Notes under the pieces: model-generated
The model's input: the letters and a program-made list of their open reading frames with translations, nothing else
Databases searched by the model: none
What the model was told of the DNA's origin: nothing
Translations under genes and position numbers: made by a program
From: Spirochaetales bacterium
Lineage (GTDB): Bacteria > Spirochaetota > Spirochaetia > SZUA-6 > JAFGRV01
Length of the DNA: 64,000 bases
Assembly (NCBI GenBank): GCA_016935735.1
Contig: JAFGQK010000119.1
Coordinates: forward strand, 254-64,253
Direction: 5' to 3'
In this document: piece after piece, positions 38,643 to 48,003 of the stretch
Layout: every line of letters starts with the position of its first letter
Position numbering within the stretch: position 1 is the first letter of the stretch

Positions 38643-39014
38643 ATGTTAAAAGAGTTTATTAATGTCAGACAGGAAAAAAATGGATACAGACGATTGTTCA
38701 CAGACGAGGATATTGATTTGTATATCTGGTATGATGATTCAAAAGAAAATATCAGGGGATTTCAGCTTGTCTATGGGAAAAGGCATGATGATATGAAAGC
38801 TTTTACATGGGAAAGAGACAAAGGGACTTCCCACACAAAGGTGGACGATGAAGGCTGGTATAATCCTTCCCCGATTCTGGCAGCACCAATCCCGGGGAGT
38901 GATAGTATCTTTAATAAGGAGGTGGTTAAATCCTTTAAAAAGAAAAGTAAAAACCTTGATAAACCGCTTGTTACCTTTATCCTTGAAAAAATGAAAGAAT
39001 ACGGGAAAAGATAA
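38643..39014 (+). CDS. Hypothetical protein
   Basis: Strong AGGAGG RBS; 'VRQE...RRLFTDEDIDLYIWYD...GFQLVY'. Confidence 0.75.
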   Translation: MLKEFINVRQEKNGYRRLFTDEDIDLYIWYDDSKENIRGFQLVYGKRHDDMKAFTWERDKGTSHTKVDDEGWYNPSPILAAPIPGSDSIFNKEVVKSFKKKSKNLDKPLVTFILEKMKEYGKR

Positions 39015-39268
39015 CTCCTTTATTTTGCTGTCCAGGAATTTCGATACTTTTAATAAAACCACAATTCTCAGATTTTTTAATGTTATGGAATAATAACACA
39101 CCGGAAAGAAGAGGAATTGCAACATGTGTATCGATATGATACGCTAATTAAGGCATAATGACTCTGTGCGTCATTATGGAACAATCCTGGTATGAAATTT
39201 ATCAGTCTTATTTGCCTGCATTCATATAATTTCTTATACCACAAAGAATTAATTTAATTATCACTACC

Positions 39269-39284
39269 TGGCACATTTCTTGCA
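39269..39284 (+). promoter_or_regulatory. Sigma54 (-24/-12) promoter of hsp20
   Basis: TGGCAC-ATTTC-TTGCA with consensus spacing, 40 nt before the ATG. Confidence 0.85.
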
Positions 39285-39324
39285 TATTTATTAATATAAA
39301 CGTTAAGATTTAAGGAGGTACGAT

Positions 39325-39753
39325 ATGAACTTCTTAGTAAAGAGAAAACCACAAAGCAATCTGGTGACATGGGGTTTTGATTCATTCCTTGATGACTTTT
39401 TCAGTGATTCCCTGGTACCGGCAGGCACCTTCCCAAAGGTCGATGTAAAGGAAGAAGACAAACAGTATGTTGTTGAGGCAGAGCTTCCGGGATTAACGGA
39501 AAAGGATATTGATGTAAAGGTGGAAAACAACCTGCTCACTATATCCTCGAAAAAGAGTGAGGAAAAAGAGGAGAAAAAGGAAGGATATATTATCAAAGAA
39601 AGACGTGCTTCTGAGTTTTGCCGCTCTTTTACACTTCCCGATCATACAGACAGGGAGAAAATCGAAGCACACTATAAGAACGGACTTCTTACCCTCTTGA
39701 TCCCGAAAACAAAGGAAGCAGAGCCAAAGGCTATAGAAATCAAAACCAGATAA
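39325..39753 (+). CDS. Small heat-shock protein Hsp20
   Basis: 'PKVDVKE...VEAELPGL...ERRASEFCRSFTLP...AHYKNGLLTLLIPK'. Confidence 0.96.
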   Translation: MNFLVKRKPQSNLVTWGFDSFLDDFFSDSLVPAGTFPKVDVKEEDKQYVVEAELPGLTEKDIDVKVENNLLTISSKKSEEKEEKKEGYIIKERRASEFCRSFTLPDHTDREKIEAHYKNGLLTLLIPKTKEAEPKAIEIKTR

Positions 39754-39779
39754 GAAAAGGAAATTGTGGTACAAACGGT

Positions 39780-39809
39780 AAAGAGTCCCGAAAGGGACTC
39801 TTTTCTTTT
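39780..39809 (+). terminator. Rho-independent terminator of hsp20
   Basis: AAAGAGTCCC-GAAA-GGGACTCTTT + T-run. Confidence 0.9.
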
Positions 39810-39958
39810 ATAAACAGGGATTTATATTGGATTTTTTGTTGATAAAGGGATATATTTAGATAAATAATGAATTAAAAACGGACATCAAAGCTTTCCAGCC
39901 TGAAAAAGATATATGAAAGGGTCCATATCTTAATTTTACAATAGATAAGGGGTGTGAA

Positions 39959-40855
39959 ATGAAAAAATATATCATTTTATTATTAATTATCATGTGTGGT
40001 GTGGTTTACAATAGTTTTTCAGATAATGCTGTGCTGGAATATCTTGAAGGAACACTTCAGAAACAGGTGAACGGAAAATGGCAGAATCTGCATGAAGGAG
40101 ATATAATTCCCATCTCTTCCACACTCAAGGCCGGGAATAATGTTATTGCTGAAATTTCACTGGGTGAAAAACTTATCACTATTTACAAGAAGGGAACATA
40201 CACACTGGAGAATCTGGTCAAGGAGTCAGAGGAAATGGAAACATGGGATGTTTCCTCGCTTCTTGCCCGTAAAATAGAAACCGCATTTGTCGGGACCGGT
40301 GACGGGAGTGAAGGGAATATGGGAGTGCGTTCAATTAAACCGAAAATTATAGCAAACGCCGAAGAGGTTGGCTGGTACGATCCAATTGCACTGGAATTTA
40401 ATGAAGGCTATAATGCTTTTCAAAAGGGTGAATATGAAAAGGCTGCCGAATCTTTTAAAAAGTGTCTGGCAGATGCAACAGATGCAGAAAAGGAAGAATG
40501 CCTTTTTTATCTTTCTTATATATATGTACTCCTCAGGAAAACAGGGCTTGCACTTAAATACTTCAATATGATGAAAGAAGATACAAATGCCTATTATTTT
40601 GAAGAATATGCCATGATAAAAGGAAAATTACTTATCCAGGTTCTTGATTTCGGGGAAGCCCTGAAAGTTCTTCAACTTGCAGTGAAAACATATCCCAAAG
40701 GCAGGTACCTTCAGGATATCTACTATCTGAGTGCAGTTTGTTATAATGCGTTGAATAATACGGCAAAACAGAAAGAATACCTTAAAATGGCTTATGATGT
40801 AGATCCATCCACAGCAGTGGGGAAATCCGCAAAAGAACAACTGGAATCATTATAG
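39959..40855 (+). CDS. Exported protein with FecR-like N-terminus and C-terminal TPRs
   Basis: Signal peptide; 'VLEYLEGTLQKQVNGKWQNLHEGDII...LKAG' and 'MGVR' are FecR-like; TPR helices follow. Confidence 0.7.
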   Translation: MKKYIILLLIIMCGVVYNSFSDNAVLEYLEGTLQKQVNGKWQNLHEGDIIPISSTLKAGNNVIAEISLGEKLITIYKKGTYTLENLVKESEEMETWDVSSLLARKIETAFVGTGDGSEGNMGVRSIKPKIIANAEEVGWYDPIALEFNEGYNAFQKGEYEKAAESFKKCLADATDAEKEECLFYLSYIYVLLRKTGLALKYFNMMKEDTNAYYFEEYAMIKGKLLIQVLDFGEALKVLQLAVKTYPKGRYLQDIYYLSAVCYNALNNTAKQKEYLKMAYDVDPSTAVGKSAKEQLESL

Positions 40856-40974
40856 TATAAGGAGAAAATTATCTTACTGTTGCATAATAAAACCGGTAGC
40901 CGTTTTTGTAATTTTTTCCTTAACTACCGGTTGCTATTGAATAAAAATGGCAAATTCTCTATTATTTCCCCTGG

Positions 40975-42297
40975 ATGCGGTCAGAGATATTTATTTTATT
41001 ATCGTTTTTCATAAGTCTGATATTAATCGGCACTGTATTTCTTCTAATACCGGTTTCCTGGAATGGAACGGAAAATCTGTCATTCATTGATGCACTTTTT
41101 ACTTCGGCCTCTGCTGTATGTGTTACCGGGTTGATTACTGTTGATACAGCTCTTTACAGCAGATTCGGACAAATTATTATCCTTCTTTTGATTCAGACAG
41201 GGGGGCTGGGGTTGATAAGTTTTTCCACTCTCTATATTGTCATTCCAAGCAGGAAAATATCACTAAAAGGTACCAAAATAATTAAAGAATATTTTATCGA
41301 TTCTGTGGAATACGAACCAAAGAAAATAATAAGGTTTATTGTATTCTTTACATTGGGAATCGAGGCAATAGGTGCAATTATTCTGTATTTTGGTTTTTCC
41401 CAAACAATAAAGACCGATACCTTTTTTTGTGCTCTCTTCCATGCCGTGTCGGCTTTCTGCAATGCCGGATTCTCGCTTTTTTCCAATAACCTGGAAGATT
41501 TCAGCAGAAACGGAATCGTAAGTATAACAATAATGGCACTCATCGTCTTCGGGGGAATCGGCTTTATTGTATTATGGGATAATATAAAAAAAATAACCGG
41601 CAAAAAAAAGCATCTTTCCTTACATACGAAAATGGTACTTGCCATGACCGGTATATTGATACTCACCGGGGGTATTTTTATTTTTTTCATGGAATTTAAT
41701 CATAGTTTATCTAATCACAACATACAGGATAAAATAATTATCAGTTTTTTTCAATCCATAACTCCCCGTACTGCCGGATTTAACACAATTCGTATTACGG
41801 ATATGCATCCGCTGTCCCAGTTGTTTTTTATTCCTTTCATGTTTATCGGGGGTTCTCCCGGTTCGATCTCCGGCGGGATTAAGGTGACGACATTATTCAT
41901 TATAATTCTCCTGTTTTTGAAAAATAATGACGAACAGAAAGGCATTATAATTTTTAAACGAAGACTTCCGGCAATCACCATTTACCGGGTCACGATTTTT
42001 TTCATAAAAGCTGCCGCTTTTCTTTTATTCAGTTTTATCCTTTTTTCTGTATCCGAATTCTTTCTGAATTCCGGCTCGGAAATCAATTTCTTTAAATTGT
42101 TTTTTGAATCCACTTCTGCATTCGGAACGGTCGGTTTATCGCTTGGGATTACGGCAGGCTTATCGGTTATTGGCAAGATAATTATCATAGTAACAATGCT
42201 ATTAGGAAGAGTAGGATTATTGATAATTATGATGAATATATTTACCAGCAAAGATGAAATTATTTTTCCTAAAGAGGAGGTTCTAATAGGGTCATGA
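40975..42297 (+). CDS. ktrB: Ktr/Trk potassium uptake membrane subunit
   Basis: Four pore motifs SAVCVTGL, SAFCNAGF, TPRTAGF, SAFGTVGL; 'GGSPGSISGGIKVTT'; C-terminal 'EEVLIG'. Confidence 0.93.
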   Translation: MRSEIFILLSFFISLILIGTVFLLIPVSWNGTENLSFIDALFTSASAVCVTGLITVDTALYSRFGQIIILLLIQTGGLGLISFSTLYIVIPSRKISLKGTKIIKEYFIDSVEYEPKKIIRFIVFFTLGIEAIGAIILYFGFSQTIKTDTFFCALFHAVSAFCNAGFSLFSNNLEDFSRNGIVSITIMALIVFGGIGFIVLWDNIKKITGKKKHLSLHTKMVLAMTGILILTGGIFIFFMEFNHSLSNHNIQDKIIISFFQSITPRTAGFNTIRITDMHPLSQLFFIPFMFIGGSPGSISGGIKVTTLFIIILLFLKNNDEQKGIIIFKRRLPAITIYRVTIFFIKAAAFLLFSFILFSVSEFFLNSGSEINFFKLFFESTSAFGTVGLSLGITAGLSVIGKIIIIVTMLLGRVGLLIIMMNIFTSKDEIIFPKEEVLIGS

Positions 42298-43010
42298 AAC
42301 AGTGTGCAATAATCGGTCTGGATGTCTTTGGCTTGAGGGCCCTGGAAGAGTTAATACCATTTGGTATTGATATCCTTATTATCGACAAGAACGAAGAACT
42401 TATTCAACTGTACAAAGAGAAGGTATCAAATGCCTATGTTATCGATGTAACCAGGTTGGAATCCGTGGAAAAAGTAATTCCAAAAACCATTGACGTTGCA
42501 ATAATTGATCTTGGAGACAGCATAGAAGCCTCTATTTTAATCATTAATTATTTAAAGGAAATAGGAATAAAACAGATTGTTGTTACTGCCGATACGGACC
42601 AGCATGGGAAAATATTCGAGATACTGGGGGCAACACTGGTTGTTTTCCCCCAGAAAGAAGCGGTGAAGCGGATCATCCCGTTATTAATCTCACCGTTATT
42701 AATGAATTATTTCCCGATAAGCGAAGATCTCATTATTGCAGAAGTGAAAGTCCCGGTGAAATTTTATGAAAAAACACTCATCCAGGTGGATCTGCGAAAG
42801 AACTTTTCATTAAATGTCATTGCCATAAAAGGCCAGGAAAGCGGGAAATACCAGAATTTTTCCCCGGTATATCAATTCAAGGAGGAAGATATAATCCTGG
42901 TCGCCGGCAGCGAGAAACATATTTCGGATTTTATCCAGCAGCCTATCATTCCCAACAAGAGTAAGGGATTCATCAATTTTATAAAAGGTTTCTTTACCCA
43001 TAAGAAATAA
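42294..43010 (+). CDS. ktrA: Ktr/Trk RCK regulatory subunit
   Basis: RCK_N + RCK_C ('KTLIQVDLRKNFSLNVIAIK', 'DIILVAG'); ATGA overlap with ktrB. Confidence 0.88.
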   Translation: MKQCAIIGLDVFGLRALEELIPFGIDILIIDKNEELIQLYKEKVSNAYVIDVTRLESVEKVIPKTIDVAIIDLGDSIEASILIINYLKEIGIKQIVVTADTDQHGKIFEILGATLVVFPQKEAVKRIIPLLISPLLMNYFPISEDLIIAEVKVPVKFYEKTLIQVDLRKNFSLNVIAIKGQESGKYQNFSPVYQFKEEDIILVAGSEKHISDFIQQPIIPNKSKGFINFIKGFFTHKK

Positions 43011-43029
43011 AAAAGCTGATAACAGGTAT

Positions 43030-44532
43030 TTAAATGACGATATCTTCGATACTATCTTTTTCTCTTCTGTTCGATCTGTAGAAAAGAGCCATCCCAAAGG
43101 TAATCGGTCCTATACGGCCTATAAACATAAGAATTATAATTGTTATTTTCCCGGCTTCACTAAGTATATTTGTTATTCCGGTACTTAGTCCGACAGTACC
43201 CAGAGCAGAAGCTGCTTCAAATAAAAGCTTTTGAAAATCCATTTTTTCAGTAAAAAGAAGTATATAAAAGCCTATGACTAAAATGAGTATATAAAAAACA
43301 AATGTACAAATAGCATAGACTATTCTTTCATAAGGAATTATTTTGTTCATAAGTTTGATTTTAAAGATATCTCCTAAAATAAGACGTAATTCTTTTTGAT
43401 TCTCGAGATTATTTTCTTTCTTTTTTGATATAAATTTCTTCAATTTAAATATTTGCTTTGCAAAATCAAATATATTCCTTTTCGGTTTACTATTCTTATC
43501 AGCAGTTTCATATTTCTCTTCACGGGTATATGAAATAAATTCCTTGTGTTTGTTTAATACACTTTTAAGTAACGCCCAAAGGCTGCTTACAGTTGTCGAC
43601 TTTATTCCCCCGCCTGTGCCGGAAGGTGAAGAACCTATTACCATAAGAATAGTAAGCAATAAAAGGGATGTTTGTTTTATCTGGCTAATCGGGATCGTAT
43701 TAAAACCGACTGTTGTCAGAGCAGTCATACACTGAAAAAATGAATGCAATAGTTCTTTAAATCCCGGACCTTCCTGCATATTGTGTTCATTCAAAAAGAA
43801 AAAAAGGGTTCCCAATATAAGCAGCCAAATTGTCAGAGTCAGGATGACTTTACTTGTAAAAGTGATTTTCTCCTTTTTTTTACGTATAAGAAGCCAGACA
43901 TCCACCATTACAATATATCCTATTGCTCCAAGGATACTTAAAATACTGATAACGATATTCAGGGCAATATTTACAGAATAATTTTCAAAACTATTCTTAT
44001 ACAGACTGAAACCTGCTGTACAAAAAGATGAAACACTGTGAAAAATCGCACTCCAGAAAGGATTGATTCTTTTATCCTGCCAAAAGATAAATACCAGGAA
44101 TATTGCCCCGATAAACTCAATAATTAATGTATAAATAACAATACTTCGAATAAATTTAGTTAATTTAAAATCCTTTGGCAGACTAAATGACGTTTCCAGA
44201 ATATTCTGTCTTTCAATCGATATCTCTCTTTTGGAAGACAGTATAATAAATGACCCGAAAGTCATATATCCAAGACCGCCAAGTTGTATTAACAGCAAGA
44301 TTATCAAATTACCAAAAAAATTATAATTTTCCGATATCGTTACCGTACAAAGCCCGGTAGTCGAAACAGCAGAAACAGCAGTAAACAGATTATCTAAAAA
44401 GCTGATATTAGTAAGGGAAAAGATGGGAATACATAAAAACAAAGCCCCGATAACGCAATAAGTAAAATATCCTGCGAATAATAATCTTGAAGGTTCACGG
44501 GTTTTAAGCCACCTGCTTATTTTTATTATCAT
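43030..44532 (-). CDS. Second KtrB/TrkH-family K+ transporter subunit with an internal insertion
   Basis: Pore motifs SAVSTTGL, SSFCTAGF, TALTTVGF, SALGTVGL; 'GSSPSGTGGGIKSTT'. Confidence 0.92.
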   Translation of the reverse strand: MIIKISRWLKTREPSRLLFAGYFTYCVIGALFLCIPIFSLTNISFLDNLFTAVSAVSTTGLCTVTISENYNFFGNLIILLLIQLGGLGYMTFGSFIILSSKREISIERQNILETSFSLPKDFKLTKFIRSIVIYTLIIEFIGAIFLVFIFWQDKRINPFWSAIFHSVSSFCTAGFSLYKNSFENYSVNIALNIVISILSILGAIGYIVMVDVWLLIRKKKEKITFTSKVILTLTIWLLILGTLFFFLNEHNMQEGPGFKELLHSFFQCMTALTTVGFNTIPISQIKQTSLLLLTILMVIGSSPSGTGGGIKSTTVSSLWALLKSVLNKHKEFISYTREEKYETADKNSKPKRNIFDFAKQIFKLKKFISKKKENNLENQKELRLILGDIFKIKLMNKIIPYERIVYAICTFVFYILILVIGFYILLFTEKMDFQKLLFEAASALGTVGLSTGITNILSEAGKITIIILMFIGRIGPITFGMALFYRSNRREKDSIEDIVI

Positions 44533-44642
44533 GATTTACTATTACAGAAAAAAATATATAATACAAGTTATTAGTTATTTTTTTTGTTTAGTTTTAAGAA
44601 TAATTGATTTCACAGGTTTATTCATGCATCAAGAAATATTTA

Positions 44643-45083
44643 TCAGATTTCAATATCAACATGGTATATGGATTCCGACGAAGGCGGAATAACAGGTTCT
44701 GTGAACTCCTTACCATCTATCTTAAGGCAAAAACGGCCGGTTCTCTTGCATTGAATAAGATACCTGCACCCCCTGAAGAGACGTTCCGCTTTGAATCCGT
44801 CCCATTTTTCCGGTATACATGGCTTTATCTGGAGACCGTCCGGGGTTGGTTTGATACCGAGAATATACCGGGTAAATGCCACATACATCCACGATGCAGT
44901 ACCGGTGAGCCATGAATTTGCCCCTACTCCCGGGGTGAGTGAATTGTTCGAACTTATTGTCTGGCAATAGATATATGGTTCGGTTTTTACTATATCTGCC
45001 CGGTCGTTTCTCTTTACCGGGAGTATGGTCCGGTAATAGTCATATGCATCATTGCTTCTTCCCAGGAGGCATTCAGCGATGAT
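44643..45083 (-). pseudogene. C-terminal fragment of a GH94 glycoside phosphorylase (cellobiose/chitobiose phosphorylase-like)
   Basis: 'IIAECLLGR..AYDYY', 'EPYIYCQ', 'NSWLTGTASW', 'ILGIKP..DGLQIKPCIPEKW' match the GH94 C-terminus; only ~145 aa of a normally ~800-aa enzyme. Confidence 0.85.
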
Positions 45084-45289
45084 CGGCAGCAATTTGCAGT
45101 ACAGACAAATACTATACGGATTGGTCTTTGCGATTGACAGGTTTTTAACTTACCAAGAAATTCTCTCATAATTCTTTTTTCCTCTATAGCCGTATTATAT
45201 ACCCCGGTTTTTATTGCATTGGCAAAACAGACAATCTCCTCAACATCCGTTAAGGCACAATTGAAATATTTCAGGGTACCTTTCAGCAA
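45084..45289 (-). pseudogene. Fragment ending in an LMW-PTP/ArsC-like P-loop
   Basis: 'IRIVFVCTANCCRS' = C(X)5R-S motif; similarity is lost immediately after, at the junction with the GH94 fragment. Confidence 0.55.
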
Positions 45290-45302
45290 AAGTGTGAAAT
45301 GA

Positions 45303-45950
45303 TTATTTAATCATATAACCGACGCCTCTTGAGCTGATAATCACCTCTTCGTGATAATCACCGGGTAGTATAAGACGCAGCTTTTTTCTTATTGAAGAAA
45401 TATGAACATCAATTACCCTGCTCTGACGGGGGCCCGGATGATTCCATAAAGAATAAAAAAGCACTTCCCTTGGGACAGCATTCCCACGCTGTTGTAATAA
45501 AAGTTTTAATATCCTGTATTCCTGGTACAGGAGGGAACATCTGCTTTTTCCCGACACAATATCAGTTCCAATAAATGAAATACTCCCCCATGAAAAAGTA
45601 AATATTTTTTTTGTTTCCCTTATTATTCTTTCAAGCCTGAATGCCAGTTCATCAACTGTCCAGGGATCTTTTAAATAATCCACGCATCCTGCAAGAAATG
45701 CCTTTCTTAAAAAAGAAGGGTCTCCGTAAAAAATAACCGGTGGTTTTACGCTTTCCCGGTTATTCCTTGCATTCATTTCCATGGCACAGGAAACAGGTGC
45801 AATATAAATTTCAACATTCTCTTCTGAAACAGGTGTATGGGAATATTCAAATTGGATATCTTCCCTCTGCTTAAAATAATAATTAATCTTTTCTATGAGT
45901 AACTGATCGTCAGAAACAATGTTAATACGAACCTTATTGCAAACCGGCAT
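45303..45950 (-). CDS. OmpR-family response regulator with atypical receiver
   Basis: 'AGCVDYLKDPWTVDELAFR', wHTH 'EYRILKLL...VPREVL...SRVIDVHISSIRKKL...SRGVGY'. Confidence 0.88.
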   Translation of the reverse strand: MPVCNKVRINIVSDDQLLIEKINYYFKQREDIQFEYSHTPVSEENVEIYIAPVSCAMEMNARNNRESVKPPVIFYGDPSFLRKAFLAGCVDYLKDPWTVDELAFRLERIIRETKKIFTFSWGSISFIGTDIVSGKSRCSLLYQEYRILKLLLQQRGNAVPREVLFYSLWNHPGPRQSRVIDVHISSIRKKLRLILPGDYHEEVIISSRGVGYMIK

Positions 45951-46031
45951 TCTTTTTTATACGCTTTTTATTAACATTTCCAGGATATTGTGTTTTATAT
46001 GAGGTTTAAACTGAAAATTGCTATTAAATAG

Positions 46032-46072
46032 TTATCACCCCATTCCCATTCCCCCCGGATATGGGGTGATAA
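46032..46072 (-). terminator. Inverted repeat, probable terminator of pspA
   Basis: TTATCACCCCAT-N17-ATGGGGTGATAA. Confidence 0.5.
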
Positions 46073-46129
46073 ACTAATTCTTTTTCCCGGAAGAAATGAA
46101 ACCCGGGTATAATTATCTATGTTATCAAA

Positions 46130-46822
46130 TTATTGATCGCCTGTTTCACCTTTATCCATTTTGGCTTTCAATTCTTCAAGAAGAAGGTCTGCGTTTGTCC
46201 CGGAAGATTCCAGTTCTTTGAATTGAGCTTCCAGGGAACTATCGGCACTTAAATCTTCCAGTTCTGTTAATGCATCTGCCTCTGATTCAAGTTTATCCAC
46301 TTTTTCCGACATTCTATCGAAAACGGCAAATGCATTATTATCCTTCATATTTCCCATTGTTTCCTGTATTTTCTTTGTCGTTTCTGCCCGTTTTGCCCTG
46401 GCTATAAGAATATTTTTCTTTCTCTGGGCTTCTTCAATCTTCTGTTGAAGCATTTTTAATGAATCCTTTAATTTTGTAACAGCCGCATGCTGTGCTTCCC
46501 ATTGCGGTTTAAGCTCATTACCGTAATTCAGGTACTCCTGTTTTCGAAGAAGGGCTTGTTTTGCCAGATCCTCTTTCTCTGCTTTCAGGGCGATCATCGC
46601 TTTGCTTTCCCATTCTTTGGCATTATCCAGATTCTCTTTCATCTGCCTTTCGAGTCTTTTTTCATCGGCAATAGCAGAAGCCACACCCTTTTTTGCCTCT
46701 ATAAGATGCTCATTCATATCAATAAGCATCTGATTGAGCATTTTCTCCGGATTCTCGGCTTTGCTTATAAGATCATTTATATTTGCTTTTACTACATCTG
46801 ATAATCTCTTGAAAATTCCCAT
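46130..46822 (-). CDS. pspA: PspA/IM30 family protein
   Basis: 'MGIFKRLSDVVKANINDLISKAENPEKML', 'EDLAKQAL', 'FDRMSEKV..LESEA'. Confidence 0.95.
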   Translation of the reverse strand: MGIFKRLSDVVKANINDLISKAENPEKMLNQMLIDMNEHLIEAKKGVASAIADEKRLERQMKENLDNAKEWESKAMIALKAEKEDLAKQALLRKQEYLNYGNELKPQWEAQHAAVTKLKDSLKMLQQKIEEAQRKKNILIARAKRAETTKKIQETMGNMKDNNAFAVFDRMSEKVDKLESEADALTELEDLSADSSLEAQFKELESSGTNADLLLEELKAKMDKGETGDQ

Positions 46823-46840
46823 ACTAAAGACCTCCTTTAA

Positions 46841-47224
46841 TTAGTTTCGATACTCTGAAAGTACCTGATAATGTTGTGTAAGTGCGAGTCCTATTGCATC
46901 AAGGGACGCCTGCAATTCCTTTAAATCCATTGTTTCTCCCTCGAGTGTATCAACAAGAACAACATTATTCCCCTCAATCGCATAAGCACCATGTATCATA
47001 TCAGTTGCATTGAGAGTAAGAAGCTTTTTATAGAATTGTTCCCTGTTGTTACCTGGCAGGTCCATTACATTAACAGTAATGGTCACAACCTGGTCATCAA
47101 TAGATACAAGAACATTTTGTAGAGACCTTTCATCATCCGATATTACCCAAAGATTTTCCTCTTTCCGGTCATATTGGACATTAAGATCAATGAAATAGCT
47201 TTCCAGTTTGTCTTTTAATGTCAT
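46841..47224 (-). CDS. YbjN/CesT-like chaperone-fold protein
   Basis: 'VMDLP...FYKKLLTLNATDMIHGAYAIEG..VVLVDTL..ETMDLKELQASL'; GGAG RBS supports ATG 47224. Confidence 0.8.
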   Translation of the reverse strand: MTLKDKLESYFIDLNVQYDRKEENLWVISDDERSLQNVLVSIDDQVVTITVNVMDLPGNNREQFYKKLLTLNATDMIHGAYAIEGNNVVLVDTLEGETMDLKELQASLDAIGLALTQHYQVLSEYRN

Positions 47225-47272
47225 AAGCAACTCCCATAAAATTATTTTTTGGATAAATAACAAAAATCGTTT

Positions 47273-47821
47273 TTATCCAAGTAATACCTGTCCGCTATTA
47301 TCAATAACAAGTATGCTTTTACACTCAGAACATCGAAACCTGCCAGCTTTTGTGGCTTTGAGTTTTTTTGAACAGATAGGACATTTAAAAATTTTAGGAA
47401 ACACCTGTGTTTTCCCAACCTTCCCTGCTTTTCTGAAAAAGTTTACCGCTTCTTCCAGATTGTCTTTGATATTAAAGAATTGAGAAAAACCGAGAAGTTG
47501 AAATACTTCATACACCTTTGGCTGGATTTCCAGAAGAACGATATCCCCACCCCTTGGTTTGACCGATTTAAGAAATGCAGTAAAAGATCCAATACCTGTA
47601 CTGGAAACATAATTTAGGCCACTGCAATGAAATATAAGTTTCGTATATCCCGAATCTATTGCTTTTCCAACCCTTTTCTGGAAATTGTTTGAATTATAGG
47701 TATCGATATATCCTGTAAGATAGAGAGCGACCAGGCCATTTACATCTTTAAAATTCTGAAGCCGGATCTTTAAGCTGTCATCTTTCTCATCGTCAAATCC
47801 AGGTACAATCTCGTTATTCAT
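47273..47821 (-). CDS. STAS anti-sigma-factor antagonist with C-terminal zinc ribbon
   Basis: 'LTGYIDTYN', 'LNYVSSTGIG', 'VYEVFQLLGF'; 'CPICSKKL...FRCSECK'. Confidence 0.92.
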   Translation of the reverse strand: MNNEIVPGFDDEKDDSLKIRLQNFKDVNGLVALYLTGYIDTYNSNNFQKRVGKAIDSGYTKLIFHCSGLNYVSSTGIGSFTAFLKSVKPRGGDIVLLEIQPKVYEVFQLLGFSQFFNIKDNLEEAVNFFRKAGKVGKTQVFPKIFKCPICSKKLKATKAGRFRCSECKSILVIDNSGQVLLG

Positions 47822-48003
47822 AAGATCCCTTTAAAATAGTTATTACCAAAGTTATATTTACCATCATCGATATATTTCATAATACCTGAAAATATCGAAT
47901 CCCGTCTTATATATATATTATAAGTCATAAACATCTTTGTCAAATAAAAATGAAAAAAAAAAATTGCAAAATAGGAACCCCATATTCATAACATAAAAGT
48001 TTT

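Noticed and set aside
40891-40932. AACCGGTAG...CTACCGGTT inverted repeat upstream of ktrB as a c-di-AMP riboswitch
   Set aside because: Region too short and lacks ydaO consensus; probably a terminator-like hairpin of the upstream gene.
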